Notes: generated by a model not told the origin, from the sequence alone. Shown: positions 47,699-58,454, counted from the stretch's first letter. The stretch is DNA of 64,000 nt from Gemmatimonadota bacterium (GCA_036679605.1 JAZDCZ010000180.1:1-64000), one strand, 5' to 3'. Numbers and translations: made by a program.

Positions 47699-49348
47699 TT
47701 ACATTCGCTCCGGGGCGCTCACGCCCAATAAGTGTAGGCAGTTTGCCAAGACTATCTGGATCGCACGCGTCAACACAAGTCGTGCAGCCTCCAGTTCCTT
47801 CTGCACACCGACTACTCTGTGTCGATGGTACCAACCGTTGGTCAACCGCGCGAGATCCTCTGTGTAACTTGTTATGCGATGCGGCTCCAGAGCCTCGGCC
47901 GCTCGCGTGACGACCTTGGGAAATTCAGCAAGATGTTTGATTACCGCCTGCTCATCTGGTTCGGCAAGAAGCGACAAATCAGCACCATCAGCCGTGACCT
48001 CAGCGGCCTCAATTTCTGCGGTGCGGAAAATCCCGGCCATCCGAGTGTGCGCATACTGCACATAGTAAACCGGATTCTCGTCCGACTGCTTTGTTGCAAG
48101 ATCCAAATCGAACACAAATTGCGCATCGCCCCTTCGCATCAGGAAGAAGTAGCGTGCAGCATCCGTTCCCGTCTCCTGCACTAGATCACGGAGGGTCACG
48201 AAATCGCCTGAGCGCTTCGAGAAGCGCAACTCGGTTCCATCTCTCATGACACGCACCAACTGAACCAGAACCACTTTAAAAAAGTTGTCCGGCATACCTA
48301 GAGCTTTGAGAGCGGCCGTCACTCTTCCGACGTATCCGTGATGGTCGGCGCCCCAAACATCGATTACCGTATCGAACTTGCGACCGGCCTTGTCACGATG
48401 ATACGCGATATCGGGCAGGAAGTAGGTAAAGGATCCGTCGCTCTTGCGCAGCACCCGATCCTTCTCGTCACCGTATTCCGAAGTCTTGAACCACAGTGCG
48501 CCGTCTCGCTCGTATGTCAGTTGGTGCTCAGCTAAATCTGCCAAGGTGGCTTCGACCAACTTATCGGCGTACAGCTTGCTTTCGTTATACGTGACGTCGA
48601 AGTGGACGCCGAACTCCGCTAAGTCGCGGTCCTGCTCCTCGCGCTGCTCCTTAACGGCTACCGTGCGGCAGCGCGCCACTCCTTCTTCTCGATGCAAATC
48701 CGCCAACTCCCCGCCATCCGCAGCGAGCATCCGCTGAGCCAGGTCCACTATGTATTGTCCGTGATACCCTCCCTCCGGGATCTCTGCCGACCGGCCGACA
48801 GCTTGCTGCACCCGTGCCCAGACCGATTCCGCCAGCCGGTCGATCTGTACACCGGCATCATTGACGTAGAATTCCCTGGTGACCGAATAGCCCGTGGCTT
48901 GCAGCAACGTGGCTATGGCATCACCCAGCGCCGCGCCCCGTCCGTGCCCCACATGGAGCGGACCCGTTGGATTGGCCGACACAAACTCGACATTGATACT
49001 ATGACCGCTACCCACATCCGAGTGCCCGTACTGATCTACGGCGGCAAGTACGTTCTGCAGCACCTGGGTGAGAGCCCCCTCGGCAAGCCAAAAATTGATG
49101 AAACCAGGGCCTGCGATTTCTACCTTCGAGATCAGGGTATCGTCCAGCTCGAGTTTGGCGACTAATTGCTCGGCTACTTCGCGAGGCTTTCGCCCCAGCC
49201 GCTTCGCCAACCGGAGCGCCAAGTTGGTCGCGAGATCTCCGTGGGATACCTCGCGCGGTCGCTCCAAGACAATATCTACGCCGTCTACACCCAACGATTC
49301 TACGACCCGTAGCAGCGCGGAGTGGAGCCGGCCGGCTCCGTCAGTCAG
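47699..49348 (-). CDS. argS: Arginine--tRNA ligase, probably starting at CTG 49348
   Basis: HGDLATN, AGPGFINF, SANPTGPLHVGH, GADH, FSKR, YVQYAH, APERM. Confidence 0.96.
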   Translation of the reverse strand: MTDGAGRLHSALLRVVESLGVDGVDIVLERPREVSHGDLATNLALRLAKRLGRKPREVAEQLVAKLELDDTLISKVEIAGPGFINFWLAEGALTQVLQNVLAAVDQYGHSDVGSGHSINVEFVSANPTGPLHVGHGRGAALGDAIATLLQATGYSVTREFYVNDAGVQIDRLAESVWARVQQAVGRSAEIPEGGYHGQYIVDLAQRMLAADGGELADLHREEGVARCRTVAVKEQREEQDRDLAEFGVHFDVTYNESKLYADKLVEATLADLAEHQLTYERDGALWFKTSEYGDEKDRVLRKSDGSFTYFLPDIAYHRDKAGRKFDTVIDVWGADHHGYVGRVTAALKALGMPDNFFKVVLVQLVRVMRDGTELRFSKRSGDFVTLRDLVQETGTDAARYFFLMRRGDAQFVFDLDLATKQSDENPVYYVQYAHTRMAGIFRTAEIEAAEVTADGADLSLLAEPDEQAVIKHLAEFPKVVTRAAEALEPHRITSYTEDLARLTNGWYHRHRVVGVQKELEAARLVLTRAIQIVLANCLHLLGVSAPERM

Positions 49349-49647
49349 GACTCGGCTCCCGCCTTAGGCTTGGGCTTGTCAGACCCGGAACCTTTCTTCT
49401 CCTTGGATTCATCTTTCTTCTTTGGCTTCTCACCCGACTCCCCTGATTCGGACTGTTTCTCGCCCGCACGCTTGTAATCGGTGATATAGAAACCTGACCC
49501 CTTGAAGATGATCCCAGCGCCGCCAGTGATGACACGATCGCCACGGGCACCGCATTCGGGACACTTCGCACGGGTGTCGTCGCTGATTTTCTGCAGCTTT
49601 TCATACTCGTGTCCACATTTGGGACAACTATATCCATATGTTGGCAT
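49345..49647 (-). CDS. FmdB-family zinc-ribbon protein
   Basis: MPTYGYSCPKC...CPEC...FKGSGFYITDY. Confidence 0.92.
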   Translation of the reverse strand: MPTYGYSCPKCGHEYEKLQKISDDTRAKCPECGARGDRVITGGAGIIFKGSGFYITDYKRAGEKQSESGESGEKPKKKDESKEKKGSGSDKPKPKAGAES

Positions 49648-49704
49648 CGCGCAAACCCTTTAATTACAACAACCTAGCGAACTTGGCTAGGACTGTCGGA
49701 GTGG

Positions 49705-51267
49705 TCAAGCCGGTGTCCGGAAGGTGCCCCACACGGATCGCAAACTGTCGCTGATCTCGCCAACCGTCGCTCGGGCACTGACCGCCTCGATGATAAGCGG
49801 CATGAGCGCACCCGAACCGCTGGCCGCGGCACCAAGCTGCTGGAGTACCGCCTCACAGCGCTGTGTGTCCCGACCGGATCGAGCCTTCTGAAGACGTTCT
49901 ATTTGACGCACCGCGAGTTCGTCATATGCCGGTGTAGACACGCCGAGATCTCCTTCGCTTTCTTCAAAACGATTCACACCGACCACGATCGATTCGCCCC
50001 TCTCAGTCGCACGCTGCTGAGCGTACGCCGACTCGGCAATCGCGTCTTGAAAGTAACCATCGTTGATCTGCGAGGCGGCACCGCCAGCCTCGATCACCTG
50101 ATCTATGATGAGCCGTGCCGCGCTCTCGATTTCCGCGGTCAGTGTCTCTACATAGTATGAGCCACCGAAGGGGTCGACCGTCTGAGCGACTCCAGACTCG
50201 TACGCGAGAATCTGTTGCGTGCGAAGCGCGAGTCTCGCCGCCTCCGCACTCGGTAGAGCGAGGGCCTCGTCGTATCCATTGGTATGCAAGGACTGCGTTC
50301 CACCGAGAACCGCAGCAAGCGCCTGGATGGCAACGCGCACGACGTTATTCCGCGGCTGCTGGGCCGTGAGTGTCGAGCCGCCGGTCTGGATATGGAACCT
50401 CAAACGACAACTCTTGTCGTCGCCATCGTAGCGTTCGCGTACCAGTCGGGCCCACAGTCGGCGTGCCGCCCGGAACTTCGCTACCTCCTCAAACAGATCG
50501 CTATGCGAAGCAAAGAAGAAGGAAATCCGCTGCGCAACAAGATTCACGTCAAGACCCGCCGCAGCCGCGCGATCCAAGTACTCTATGCCGTTGGCAAAGG
50601 TGAAGGCGATCTCTTGTATCGCCGTCGCTCCCGCCTCCCGAATGTGATAACCGCTTACCGATATCGGGTTGAAATTCAACTCCTCGTCCAGCACGAAGCG
50701 GAACGTGTCGGTAACGAGACGCAGCGACGGCTCGATCGGATAGATATACGTGCCTCGCGCGATGTATTCCTTGAGAACGTCATTTTGTATTGTGCCGCGC
50801 AGTTGGCTCCGTGAGATGCCTCGCTCTTCCGCAACGACGATGTACATCGCCAAGAGGATCGCCGCAGTCGCGTTTATGGTCATCGAGGTCGACACGGTAT
50901 CAAGCGGGATTCCTTCGAACAGGCTAGCGAAGTCGTCGACAGTATCGATGGCGACGCCCGCCCGACCTACCTCGCCCTCCGCGATCGCTGCGTCTGAATC
51001 GTATCCCATCTGAGTTGGGAGATCGAATGCTACTGACAGTCCTGTCTGTCCGGCTTCGAGCAGTTCACGAAACCGGAGGTTGGTCTCTTCCGCCGTTCCG
51101 AAGCCGGCGTACTGCCGCATGGTCCACAGTCGGCCCCGATACATATTCGGGTAGATGCCGCGGGTGTAGGGAAATTGGCCCGGGTTTTCGGAATCGGTAC
51201 CGCAATCGCCAGGACCGTAGACCGGCTTGATCATCAACCCCGACGGTGAGCGTCGCTCGTCGCTCAT
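49705..51267 (-). CDS. Methylmalonyl-CoA mutase family large (substrate-binding) subunit
   Basis: PGQFPYTRG, TMRQYAGF, QNDVLKEY, GYHIREAG; no B12-binding domain in this ORF. Confidence 0.93.
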   Translation of the reverse strand: MSDERRSPSGLMIKPVYGPGDCGTDSENPGQFPYTRGIYPNMYRGRLWTMRQYAGFGTAEETNLRFRELLEAGQTGLSVAFDLPTQMGYDSDAAIAEGEVGRAGVAIDTVDDFASLFEGIPLDTVSTSMTINATAAILLAMYIVVAEERGISRSQLRGTIQNDVLKEYIARGTYIYPIEPSLRLVTDTFRFVLDEELNFNPISVSGYHIREAGATAIQEIAFTFANGIEYLDRAAAAGLDVNLVAQRISFFFASHSDLFEEVAKFRAARRLWARLVRERYDGDDKSCRLRFHIQTGGSTLTAQQPRNNVVRVAIQALAAVLGGTQSLHTNGYDEALALPSAEAARLALRTQQILAYESGVAQTVDPFGGSYYVETLTAEIESAARLIIDQVIEAGGAASQINDGYFQDAIAESAYAQQRATERGESIVVGVNRFEESEGDLGVSTPAYDELAVRQIERLQKARSGRDTQRCEAVLQQLGAAASGSGALMPLIIEAVSARATVGEISDSLRSVWGTFRTPA

Positions 51268-52274
51268 GCTCCATCCACTTCAGCCAAGGTGGTCTCCACA
51301 AATTCCACGTCTTCCTTACTGCCGATTACAAGCGGGGTACGCTGGTGCAGACTCTCCGGTTCGATGTCGCGTATCCGTGTGGTCCCGCTCGACGCGAGTC
51401 CGCCTGCCTGCTCCGCGACGAACGCCAGTGGCGCAGCTTCATACAGCAACCTCAATTTGCCCTTGGGCGACCTTTCCTCCGCCGGATACATGAAGATCCC
51501 TCCGGCTACCAAGTTGCGATGAAAGTCAGCAACCAGCGAACCGATGTATCGGGCATTCTTTCGGCGTTCCGGACCACCTGCTCCTTTGAACGCACTGACC
51601 ACGCGGCGGTAGCCGTCCGACCACCTATGGTAGTAGCTCTCGTTGACGCTGTAATATTTCCCGACCGGTGGAGTCTTGATGTCGTGATCGCACAGCCGGA
51701 ATTCACCGATCGTCGGGTCGAGCTGGAACAGGTGCACGCCTTTGCCGGTGGTGTACACCAGCACGGTACTACTTCCGTAGATTACGTACCCCGCGGCTAC
51801 CTGTTCGCGACCGGGTTGTAGACAATCCTCGAGGGTTCCCGGACCGCTCTCTGAAACTCTTCGATGCACCGAAAATATGGTGCCGATCGAGGCGTTTACG
51901 TTGATATTTGACGATCCGTCCAAAGGGTCGTGCAGGAGCACGTACTTGCGCGGATTGTATTTCTCCGGAACTGGAAACGGATCGGGGTCTTCCTCGGAAG
52001 CAATAACGCAAACTCGCCCAGTACATCCCACCACTTGCTTCATGGTGTCGTTGGCAATGACGTCCAACTTCTGCTGTTTTTCTCCGTGGACGTTCACTCC
52101 CCCGGCGGCTCCGAGTATGTCGATTAGCCCCGCTCGTCGGACGTATCCGGATATGATCTTGGCAGCGAGCGCGATGTCGTAGAGCAGATCGGTAAGCTCA
52201 CCCGTGGCTTCCGGGTGCATCCGCTCCTGCTCGAGGAAGAATCGTTCGATTGTAATGACGGTTGGATCAGACAC
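51264..52274 (-). CDS. fbp: Class 1 fructose-1,6-bisphosphatase
   Basis: SEE, DPLDGSSN, RYIGSLVADFHR, GKLRLLYEA. Confidence 0.96.
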   Translation of the reverse strand: MSDPTVITIERFFLEQERMHPEATGELTDLLYDIALAAKIISGYVRRAGLIDILGAAGGVNVHGEKQQKLDVIANDTMKQVVGCTGRVCVIASEEDPDPFPVPEKYNPRKYVLLHDPLDGSSNINVNASIGTIFSVHRRVSESGPGTLEDCLQPGREQVAAGYVIYGSSTVLVYTTGKGVHLFQLDPTIGEFRLCDHDIKTPPVGKYYSVNESYYHRWSDGYRRVVSAFKGAGGPERRKNARYIGSLVADFHRNLVAGGIFMYPAEERSPKGKLRLLYEAAPLAFVAEQAGGLASSGTTRIRDIEPESLHQRTPLVIGSKEDVEFVETTLAEVDGA

Positions 52275-54454
52275 CCTAGCGCCTCCGTTGCCGTTCTGTG
52301 TTGTTTTTGTGCGACCTCAAGATAGCGCCCGTCGGTCCGTAACGTCACCGTTCCGCCCTGATCGGTTCGGAACAGCGGGATGCCGCGGTCTCGCAAGCGA
52401 GTAAGCACCTGTGGTGACGGGTGTCCGTAGCGGTTTCGGCCCACACTCACCGCGGCCACCCTGGGTCGGAGCGAGTCAAGCCAGACCCCAGACGTACCGC
52501 CGGCCGATCCGTGATGACCGATCTTTAGAAAGTCGACCTCACCCACTCGCGCGACCAGGGTGGATTCGACGGGCCACCCGATGTCTCCCGTCAACAGTGC
52601 GGTGAAGCAACCATAACTTACGCGCAAGACAACCGAATTCTCATTGGCATCGAACTGGGTTGCCATCCACCCGGACGACGGGTGGAGAATCTCGAATGAC
52701 ACGGAATCGACGGTGAACACGTCTCCTGCCCTCGCGGGTCGCCACTCGCTCCCCATTTCATCGATGGCCGCAAGGTACTCCAAATAGAGCGAGGTCCCCA
52801 GCGGTTGTCCCGGGTCCAACACCAGAGCCGGTTCGAGTTCGCGGATCACTACCGGTATTCCGCCCAGATGATCTGCATCTCCATGCGAGGTAACGACAAT
52901 TGAAAGACGACGCACTTTCTGGCGTCGGAAGAACGGCAGCACAACCCGGCGGCCCGCATCAGAATCGAGTATGCGCGGCCCACCATCTACCAGTAACCAG
53001 GATCCGCGTGGAGTGTGTATGGCGATCGCGTCGCCCTGACCAATGTTGAGGAGGTGGATCGTGAGTTTACCGGCGCCGTCGCGGCCCGACGTAATCGAGA
53101 CCGACAGGAAAAACCAGGACGCTATGGCACTAGCAAGCATCACCCGTTGGCGCACAACCACCCACGGCGGACGCTTCGCCAAAATCCAGATCATTACAAC
53201 CGACAGCACAAACCAGGGAGCCGCAAACCCAACTCCGGGCTCGCCGGAGATGTGGCCACCCGGCACGCTCGCGCCGAGTGCGGCTACCCGTTCAATGAGA
53301 GCGAGCACGAAGCCGGTGCCTCGGGCAATCGGGCCACCCAGCACCAAGCTCGCGAACACCCCTGGGACGGCCAGCCCGGCGAGGGGTATTGCTACCAGGT
53401 TCGTTGCGATACCGACGGGCGCTACGGCACCAAACGCAAAGGCCGTTATCGGAGCAGTGATAAGCGTGGCTCCAAACGAAGCCCCCAGCAATCGATGCCG
53501 TCTCATGGCCCTGGAGCCGATGTGCGTCCCCCAAACGGCTGCGCCGGACAGCCACGCGCCGACCGACCGTGCTGCTTCGCCATCCACCGCAAGTACTAGC
53601 AGCAGCGCCACCGCCAGGACGGCACTTGGTGACGGGTGTCTCTGACGTGTCTTTGCCACCCCTAGGATCGTCACAAATCCCGCCGCCCGTGCGGCGGATG
53701 CAGGAAAGCCGAGCAGGGCAACGTAGCACCAGACCACCAGGGCACTGACGAGCCATCCACTCTTCCTGGCCCCGAGGCGACGCACCAACAAGAGGATCCA
53801 CGCCGCAACTATGCCCACGTGGAGACCGGATATTGCCAATAGATGGGCTATTCCGGCATCAGCGAAACTGCTGCGAACCTCGGGCTCGATACTCCCCCGA
53901 TTTCCCAACACCATGGCCTCAACGAGCGGAGATCTGTCACCGAAAAGTGTTTGGATCCGACGACCGATAGCTTCTCGCACCATGTACCGTGGTGACCGGC
54001 CTCCCTTGAGAATCCGGATACTCCCGACCCGGAATACTCCATAGCCTCGGTAGGTCCCAACGATCAGCGCTCTGGCGCCGGACGGGATCGAGTCCTGATC
54101 CATGCGCAGCAACAGAGTTCCTCCACATGCGATCGGAGCTGCAAGCACTGTGGCAGTCGTTCTACCTCGTCGTCCCGGCCGGTCTCCCAGTCGGACCAGG
54201 ACAGCCTGGGGACCCGAGCGCCAAACCGTCCGACACTCCCCACCACTCGTGCGCGCCAGCAAGGCTCCCGTCGCCAATCCCACCACCGTTGCCGCCACCA
54301 GAGTCAGCCTCCAGCTCCTTGCGGCCTGGGCAACCGCCATCACACCGACACCGGCCAGTATCGAGATTACCCAAACTGGTACCAAAAAAACGAGGCCGAC
54401 CCAAAGGCCGGCCCCATATAGCGCGACTAGCTGTACGATGGGTGGTCCCACCAC
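52124..54454 (-). CDS. comEC: DNA-uptake competence protein ComEC/Rec2; start uncertain (54451-54502)
   Basis: Competence domain HLLAISGLHV, TM segments, MBL domain (IGQGDA, SHGDADH, HHGS, YGHP). Confidence 0.92.
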   Translation of the reverse strand: MVGPPIVQLVALYGAGLWVGLVFLVPVWVISILAGVGVMAVAQAARSWRLTLVAATVVGLATGALLARTSGGECRTVWRSGPQAVLVRLGDRPGRRGRTTATVLAAPIACGGTLLLRMDQDSIPSGARALIVGTYRGYGVFRVGSIRILKGGRSPRYMVREAIGRRIQTLFGDRSPLVEAMVLGNRGSIEPEVRSSFADAGIAHLLAISGLHVGIVAAWILLLVRRLGARKSGWLVSALVVWCYVALLGFPASAARAAGFVTILGVAKTRQRHPSPSAVLAVALLLVLAVDGEAARSVGAWLSGAAVWGTHIGSRAMRRHRLLGASFGATLITAPITAFAFGAVAPVGIATNLVAIPLAGLAVPGVFASLVLGGPIARGTGFVLALIERVAALGASVPGGHISGEPGVGFAAPWFVLSVVMIWILAKRPPWVVVRQRVMLASAIASWFFLSVSITSGRDGAGKLTIHLLNIGQGDAIAIHTPRGSWLLVDGGPRILDSDAGRRVVLPFFRRQKVRRLSIVVTSHGDADHLGGIPVVIRELEPALVLDPGQPLGTSLYLEYLAAIDEMGSEWRPARAGDVFTVDSVSFEILHPSSGWMATQFDANENSVVLRVSYGCFTALLTGDIGWPVESTLVARVGEVDFLKIGHHGSAGGTSGVWLDSLRPRVAAVSVGRNRYGHPSPQVLTRLRDRGIPLFRTDQGGTVTLRTDGRYLEVAQKQHRTATEALGCLIQPSLQSNDSSSSRSGCTRKPRVSLPICSTTSRSLPRSYPDTSDERG

Positions 54455-54458
54455 CCCC

Positions 54459-54752
54459 TCAACCGCCCACGTCGGGTCCCATTGGACTCGCATGCCCTGC
54501 ACGAGGCTGCGCCTTTACTTTGCGCATCGCCTCCAGCAAGAGCACCGAAACATCTGTCTTGGATTGATCTGCCTCCAACGCGATGTTGGAGATCACCTCG
54601 CCCGCGCGCTGTGCTACGTATCGGGGGGGCAACCGGTTTAGTGTATACACCAGTACGTCCTCCTTGCACGGGGTACAGGTGCAGAAACCGGCTACGCTGT
54701 CTTTCAAGGCCTCGTACTCGCGCTCAACCAGGTCAACCAAAATATTCTTCAC
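54459..54752 (-). CDS. ComFB-family protein
   Basis: MKNIL..LV, C.C..C..DV...LNRLPPRYV, V...PR. Confidence 0.85.
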   Translation of the reverse strand: MKNILVDLVEREYEALKDSVAGFCTCTPCKEDVLVYTLNRLPPRYVAQRAGEVISNIALEADQSKTDVSVLLLEAMRKVKAQPRAGHASPMGPDVGG

Positions 54753-56071
54753 CCCACGACGGCCAACCTCCTCTCCGTCACGACCGGAACTCCAGTGAAT
54801 GTCGCCCCTGTCGTGCCCGTCAACCTCACGTCGAGATACTGCCCGATTTGGGAGGCCTCGTCTTCAAGTAGAACCACCTTGTTGGTACGTGTCCGCGACT
54901 GTAGCAGATCGCCCCTCCTAGCTTGGTCTTCTACCAAGACTTCGTGCGTACTCCCAACCAACGCCGCGTTCTTGGAGCGCGCGATATCTCTCACTGTCGA
55001 TATTAATCGTTCCAATCTTCCTGCCTTTACATCTTCAGGGACTTGGCCGCTCAGCTTTACTGCGCCCGTCCCGCCCCGTCGCGAGTACTTGAACGTAAAC
55101 GCGTCATCGAACTCAACCTCTCGCACCAGACTCTCTGTCTCGACAAACTCGGCATCTGTCTCACCTGGAAAACCAACAATGATGTCGGTAGTTATCGCTA
55201 ACTCCGGTATAGCAGCACGTAAGCGCTGTACACAGTCTAGGTAAATAGAACGATCGTAGCGTCTGCCCATCAGCTTGAGCACGCGCGACGACCCGCTCTG
55301 GACAGGTAGGTGCACGTGTTCACACACGCTCGGCACTTCGGCCATCGCTCGAATCACCAAGTCAGTGAAATCGGTCGGGTAAGGGCTTGTGAACCGCACA
55401 CGTCTGATGCCGGAAACCGAGCCCATGGCCCTCAGTAGCACCGAGAAATCATTGTCACCATCTCGGTAGCTGTTGACCGTTTGCCCCAACAGCGTAATTT
55501 CTGTCACTCCGCTCGCCACGAGAGTTTCCACCTCGGAAATTACGTCCTCCAATCTACGGCTTCTTTCCCGGCCACGTGTCATCGGAACTACGCAGAACGT
55601 GCACCTATAATCGCAGCCACGTTGCACCGTCACGAAAGCGCGCGCCGTGCCCGGCCGCTGCGGCGGAATGTCCTCATAGTGTTCCCATGGCTTGAACTCG
55701 ACGTCCGTCGCCCGGGTGCCCCGGGCTGCGTCCGCGATCAGGTTGGGAAGAGCCCTATATCCGTCCGGGCCAACCACCAAGTCGACATGAGGAGCTTCGT
55801 CCAGCAGTTGGCGACCGAGTCTCTGTGCCATGCAACCAACGGCGCCGAGAACTACACCGGCCCTCTTGTGACGCTTTAAATCACCCAACCTGCCTATGAC
55901 GCGCTGCTCAGCGCGGTCGCGGACCGCACATGTGTTCACCAGAATCACGTCCGCCGCCGCCGGGTCGTCGGTGCGAACATACCCCTCGCGCGCCATGAGC
56001 CCCGTTAACACTTGGGTGTCGGCTACGTTCATCTGGCAGCCGTACGTTTCGATATACACTCGTTTCATCAT
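54749..56071 (-). CDS. miaB: tRNA methylthiotransferase MiaB
   Basis: ETYGCQMN, CDYRCTFC, TRAM domain. Confidence 0.95.
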   Translation of the reverse strand: MMKRVYIETYGCQMNVADTQVLTGLMAREGYVRTDDPAAADVILVNTCAVRDRAEQRVIGRLGDLKRHKRAGVVLGAVGCMAQRLGRQLLDEAPHVDLVVGPDGYRALPNLIADAARGTRATDVEFKPWEHYEDIPPQRPGTARAFVTVQRGCDYRCTFCVVPMTRGRERSRRLEDVISEVETLVASGVTEITLLGQTVNSYRDGDNDFSVLLRAMGSVSGIRRVRFTSPYPTDFTDLVIRAMAEVPSVCEHVHLPVQSGSSRVLKLMGRRYDRSIYLDCVQRLRAAIPELAITTDIIVGFPGETDAEFVETESLVREVEFDDAFTFKYSRRGGTGAVKLSGQVPEDVKAGRLERLISTVRDIARSKNAALVGSTHEVLVEDQARRGDLLQSRTRTNKVVLLEDEASQIGQYLDVRLTGTTGATFTGVPVVTERRLAVVG

Positions 56072-57318
56072 TGCTCAACAGGTATGGCACGCATCTCGTT
56101 CGCTACCAATCGCAGGTCAACTTCGAATCTATTGGACAGAACCCGGTCCGTTGCCATGCGTACCGATATGTAATCGCCGGTCAACGCGTCGTATCCGCCA
56201 CCGCCCCTACCCAGCAACACTACATCCGCACGCCCGCCATGTCGGGACTCGCGATAGGCAGAACTCTTGACCTTGGCAAGCTCCCTGAGCTGCTCCGACC
56301 TGAGCCTGGCAACACCCGGGTCAATGGCCCTCCCGAGCTTCTGCGATGCGGCGCTCGGCCGCTCCGAATAGGGAAACACGTGGAGGTAGGTAAACGGTAG
56401 CCTGTCGATGACTGCTATTGTTTCCGCAAAGTCGGTTTCCGACTCACCCGGGAACCCCACCATGACGTCCGCACCAAGCCCAAAACGAGGAAGCCGAGAC
56501 GCCAATCGCTCGAGCCTCTCGCAGTAATCTGCTGAAGTATACCAGTGCCTCCCCATACGCTTGAGAACGCGATCACTCCCCGACTGCAGCGGAGCGTGAA
56601 CGTGCGGTACCAGGTGATCCGGAGCACCGATCATGATCTCCGCGAGCCTGTCATCAATTTCTGTCGCCTCGACAGAAGATAGGCGGAATCTAGCACTTGG
56701 GACTCGTCGTATCAGCTCCTCGACAAGCATGCTGAGACACACGGGATCAGCACAGTCGAGACCGTAACTACCGATGTGCACTCCTGTCAGGACTAGTTCG
56801 GGGTGATTGATTGCGAGCGCACATGCTTCGGTCACCAGCTCGTCTATTGGACGTGACCGGCTTGCACCACGGGCTACGGTAGTGGCGCAGAAGGTACAGT
56901 ATTCATCGCAACCGTCCTGAATTTTGAGCCACGCACGACCGTCACGCCCGAACCTGCGCAGGACCGTATCGACCTGCGCGTCAAGAAAACCCAAGGCCGG
57001 CAAAACTCTGTTGGGATCCGCCCCACCGATGACATCGGTCACGCCCGGGAGTGCCCGTATATTGCCATCGTCGAGTGCTGCCGCACAGCCCATCACTACC
57101 GTGCGTAGATCCTTGTTGTTGCGAGCCAAACGCCGCACCAAACCCCGCATTTTCGCCTCGCCTACGTGGGTGACGGTACAAGAATTCACAACGGCCGTGT
57201 CGGCTTCACAGGGGTCATCTACGGTCACAGCGCCGACGTCCTCCAGCGCTTGTCTCACCAACGCGGTATCGTACTGATTGGCTTTGCATCCGAAGGTGTG
57301 GTAGTAGATTTTGGTCAT
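56068..57318 (-). CDS. mtaB: MtaB-like methylthiotransferase
   Basis: TFGCKANQYD, NSCTVT, KIQDGCDEYCTFC, HVFPYS.R. Confidence 0.88.
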   Translation of the reverse strand: MTKIYYHTFGCKANQYDTALVRQALEDVGAVTVDDPCEADTAVVNSCTVTHVGEAKMRGLVRRLARNNKDLRTVVMGCAAALDDGNIRALPGVTDVIGGADPNRVLPALGFLDAQVDTVLRRFGRDGRAWLKIQDGCDEYCTFCATTVARGASRSRPIDELVTEACALAINHPELVLTGVHIGSYGLDCADPVCLSMLVEELIRRVPSARFRLSSVEATEIDDRLAEIMIGAPDHLVPHVHAPLQSGSDRVLKRMGRHWYTSADYCERLERLASRLPRFGLGADVMVGFPGESETDFAETIAVIDRLPFTYLHVFPYSERPSAASQKLGRAIDPGVARLRSEQLRELAKVKSSAYRESRHGGRADVVLLGRGGGGYDALTGDYISVRMATDRVLSNRFEVDLRLVANEMRAIPVEQ

Positions 57319-58454
57319 GGCCGTATGGTGATTCCGAACGAGATATGCCACGCACGTTCCTCGGCTCCGGCGCCATCACGCAGCAGTCGTTCGAGCCCGA
57401 AATCGATGATTCCTCGCCCATTCGCTATGAGCAACGAAGTACCAAACGAGAAATCGAGTTCACGTGCTTGGTCGGAGGTTGGGCTAAACGGCAGCTGAGC
57501 GTAGTGCACGCCTAACCGCACGGGGAGCTTGGATCCTCCATCCCCTCCGCCGATTTCTAACCCACTTCCGAATTCCAGCACGTCGAACACCTTTCCGACT
57601 CCGCCCGCGTCAAGACCGTCTGCAGCATCGGACCAAGATCTCCAGGTGACGGTACTCGACCATCTTATTCGTGGTGTAAGCGCAATCATGGCACCACCAG
57701 TGAACGAAGTCGGCAGATCAATATCACGCCCTCGCACCGAGTCCCGCGTCGTCTCCAGCTTCCCATCGCTTCGCATAACACCGCCCACTGTGACACGCGG
57801 ATGTGGCAACCACATGAATCCCGCAGACAAACCCGTTCCTTGAAATGAGAGCTGATCCACCTCCGTGAGAGGCCGAAACTCAGGGACCGCAAATCCACGA
57901 GTCGTACCGACTCGTGCCGATCCCGTAATGATGTGGACCGCACCACCTACGCTCAGCTTCGATGATACCTTGACTCCCATTGCAGCCCGTACGTCGGCGA
58001 TTGAGCCGTCCGATTGCAACCTATCAGTTACGGAGACGGGTTCACCCCGTATCAATACGGTATCTGTTGTTACGAGATCGAACGTGCGCTCTGCGTAGAT
58101 CGAGAACCCCAGTGAAGCGAATAACGGGCCATTGCCGAACCGCCCACCTAGAACGCCGAACGGGAATCTCGTCTCGGATAGCCCCGTGGCCGACGTATCC
58201 AGCGCAGAGTATTTTCTCAGAGTGGTGCCAAAGTTTATTGCGGCTGTAAGGCTCCGAAACCCCACAACCGCCGCAGGGTTGACACCAGATCTGGCATCGA
58301 ACGTGGAGTACCCGCCCCCAAGGGTTCTGCTCCGGACACCATCGGCCCGACCCGGAAAACCAATACCCAGCACACCAAAAAGCGAATTCTGCGCCACCGC
58401 TCGAGCGGGCAGCGCAGCTAAAAGTGCCACAATGAGCACCATTGTTCCGCGCAC
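57315..58454 (-). CDS. Outer-membrane beta-barrel protein (FadL-like), function unknown
   Basis: Signal peptide, NPA motif, amphipathic strands. Confidence 0.65.
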   Translation of the reverse strand: MRGTMVLIVALLAALPARAVAQNSLFGVLGIGFPGRADGVRSRTLGGGYSTFDARSGVNPAAVVGFRSLTAAINFGTTLRKYSALDTSATGLSETRFPFGVLGGRFGNGPLFASLGFSIYAERTFDLVTTDTVLIRGEPVSVTDRLQSDGSIADVRAAMGVKVSSKLSVGGAVHIITGSARVGTTRGFAVPEFRPLTEVDQLSFQGTGLSAGFMWLPHPRVTVGGVMRSDGKLETTRDSVRGRDIDLPTSFTGGAMIALTPRIRWSSTVTWRSWSDAADGLDAGGVGKVFDVLEFGSGLEIGGGDGGSKLPVRLGVHYAQLPFSPTSDQARELDFSFGTSLLIANGRGIIDFGLERLLRDGAGAEERAWHISFGITIRP

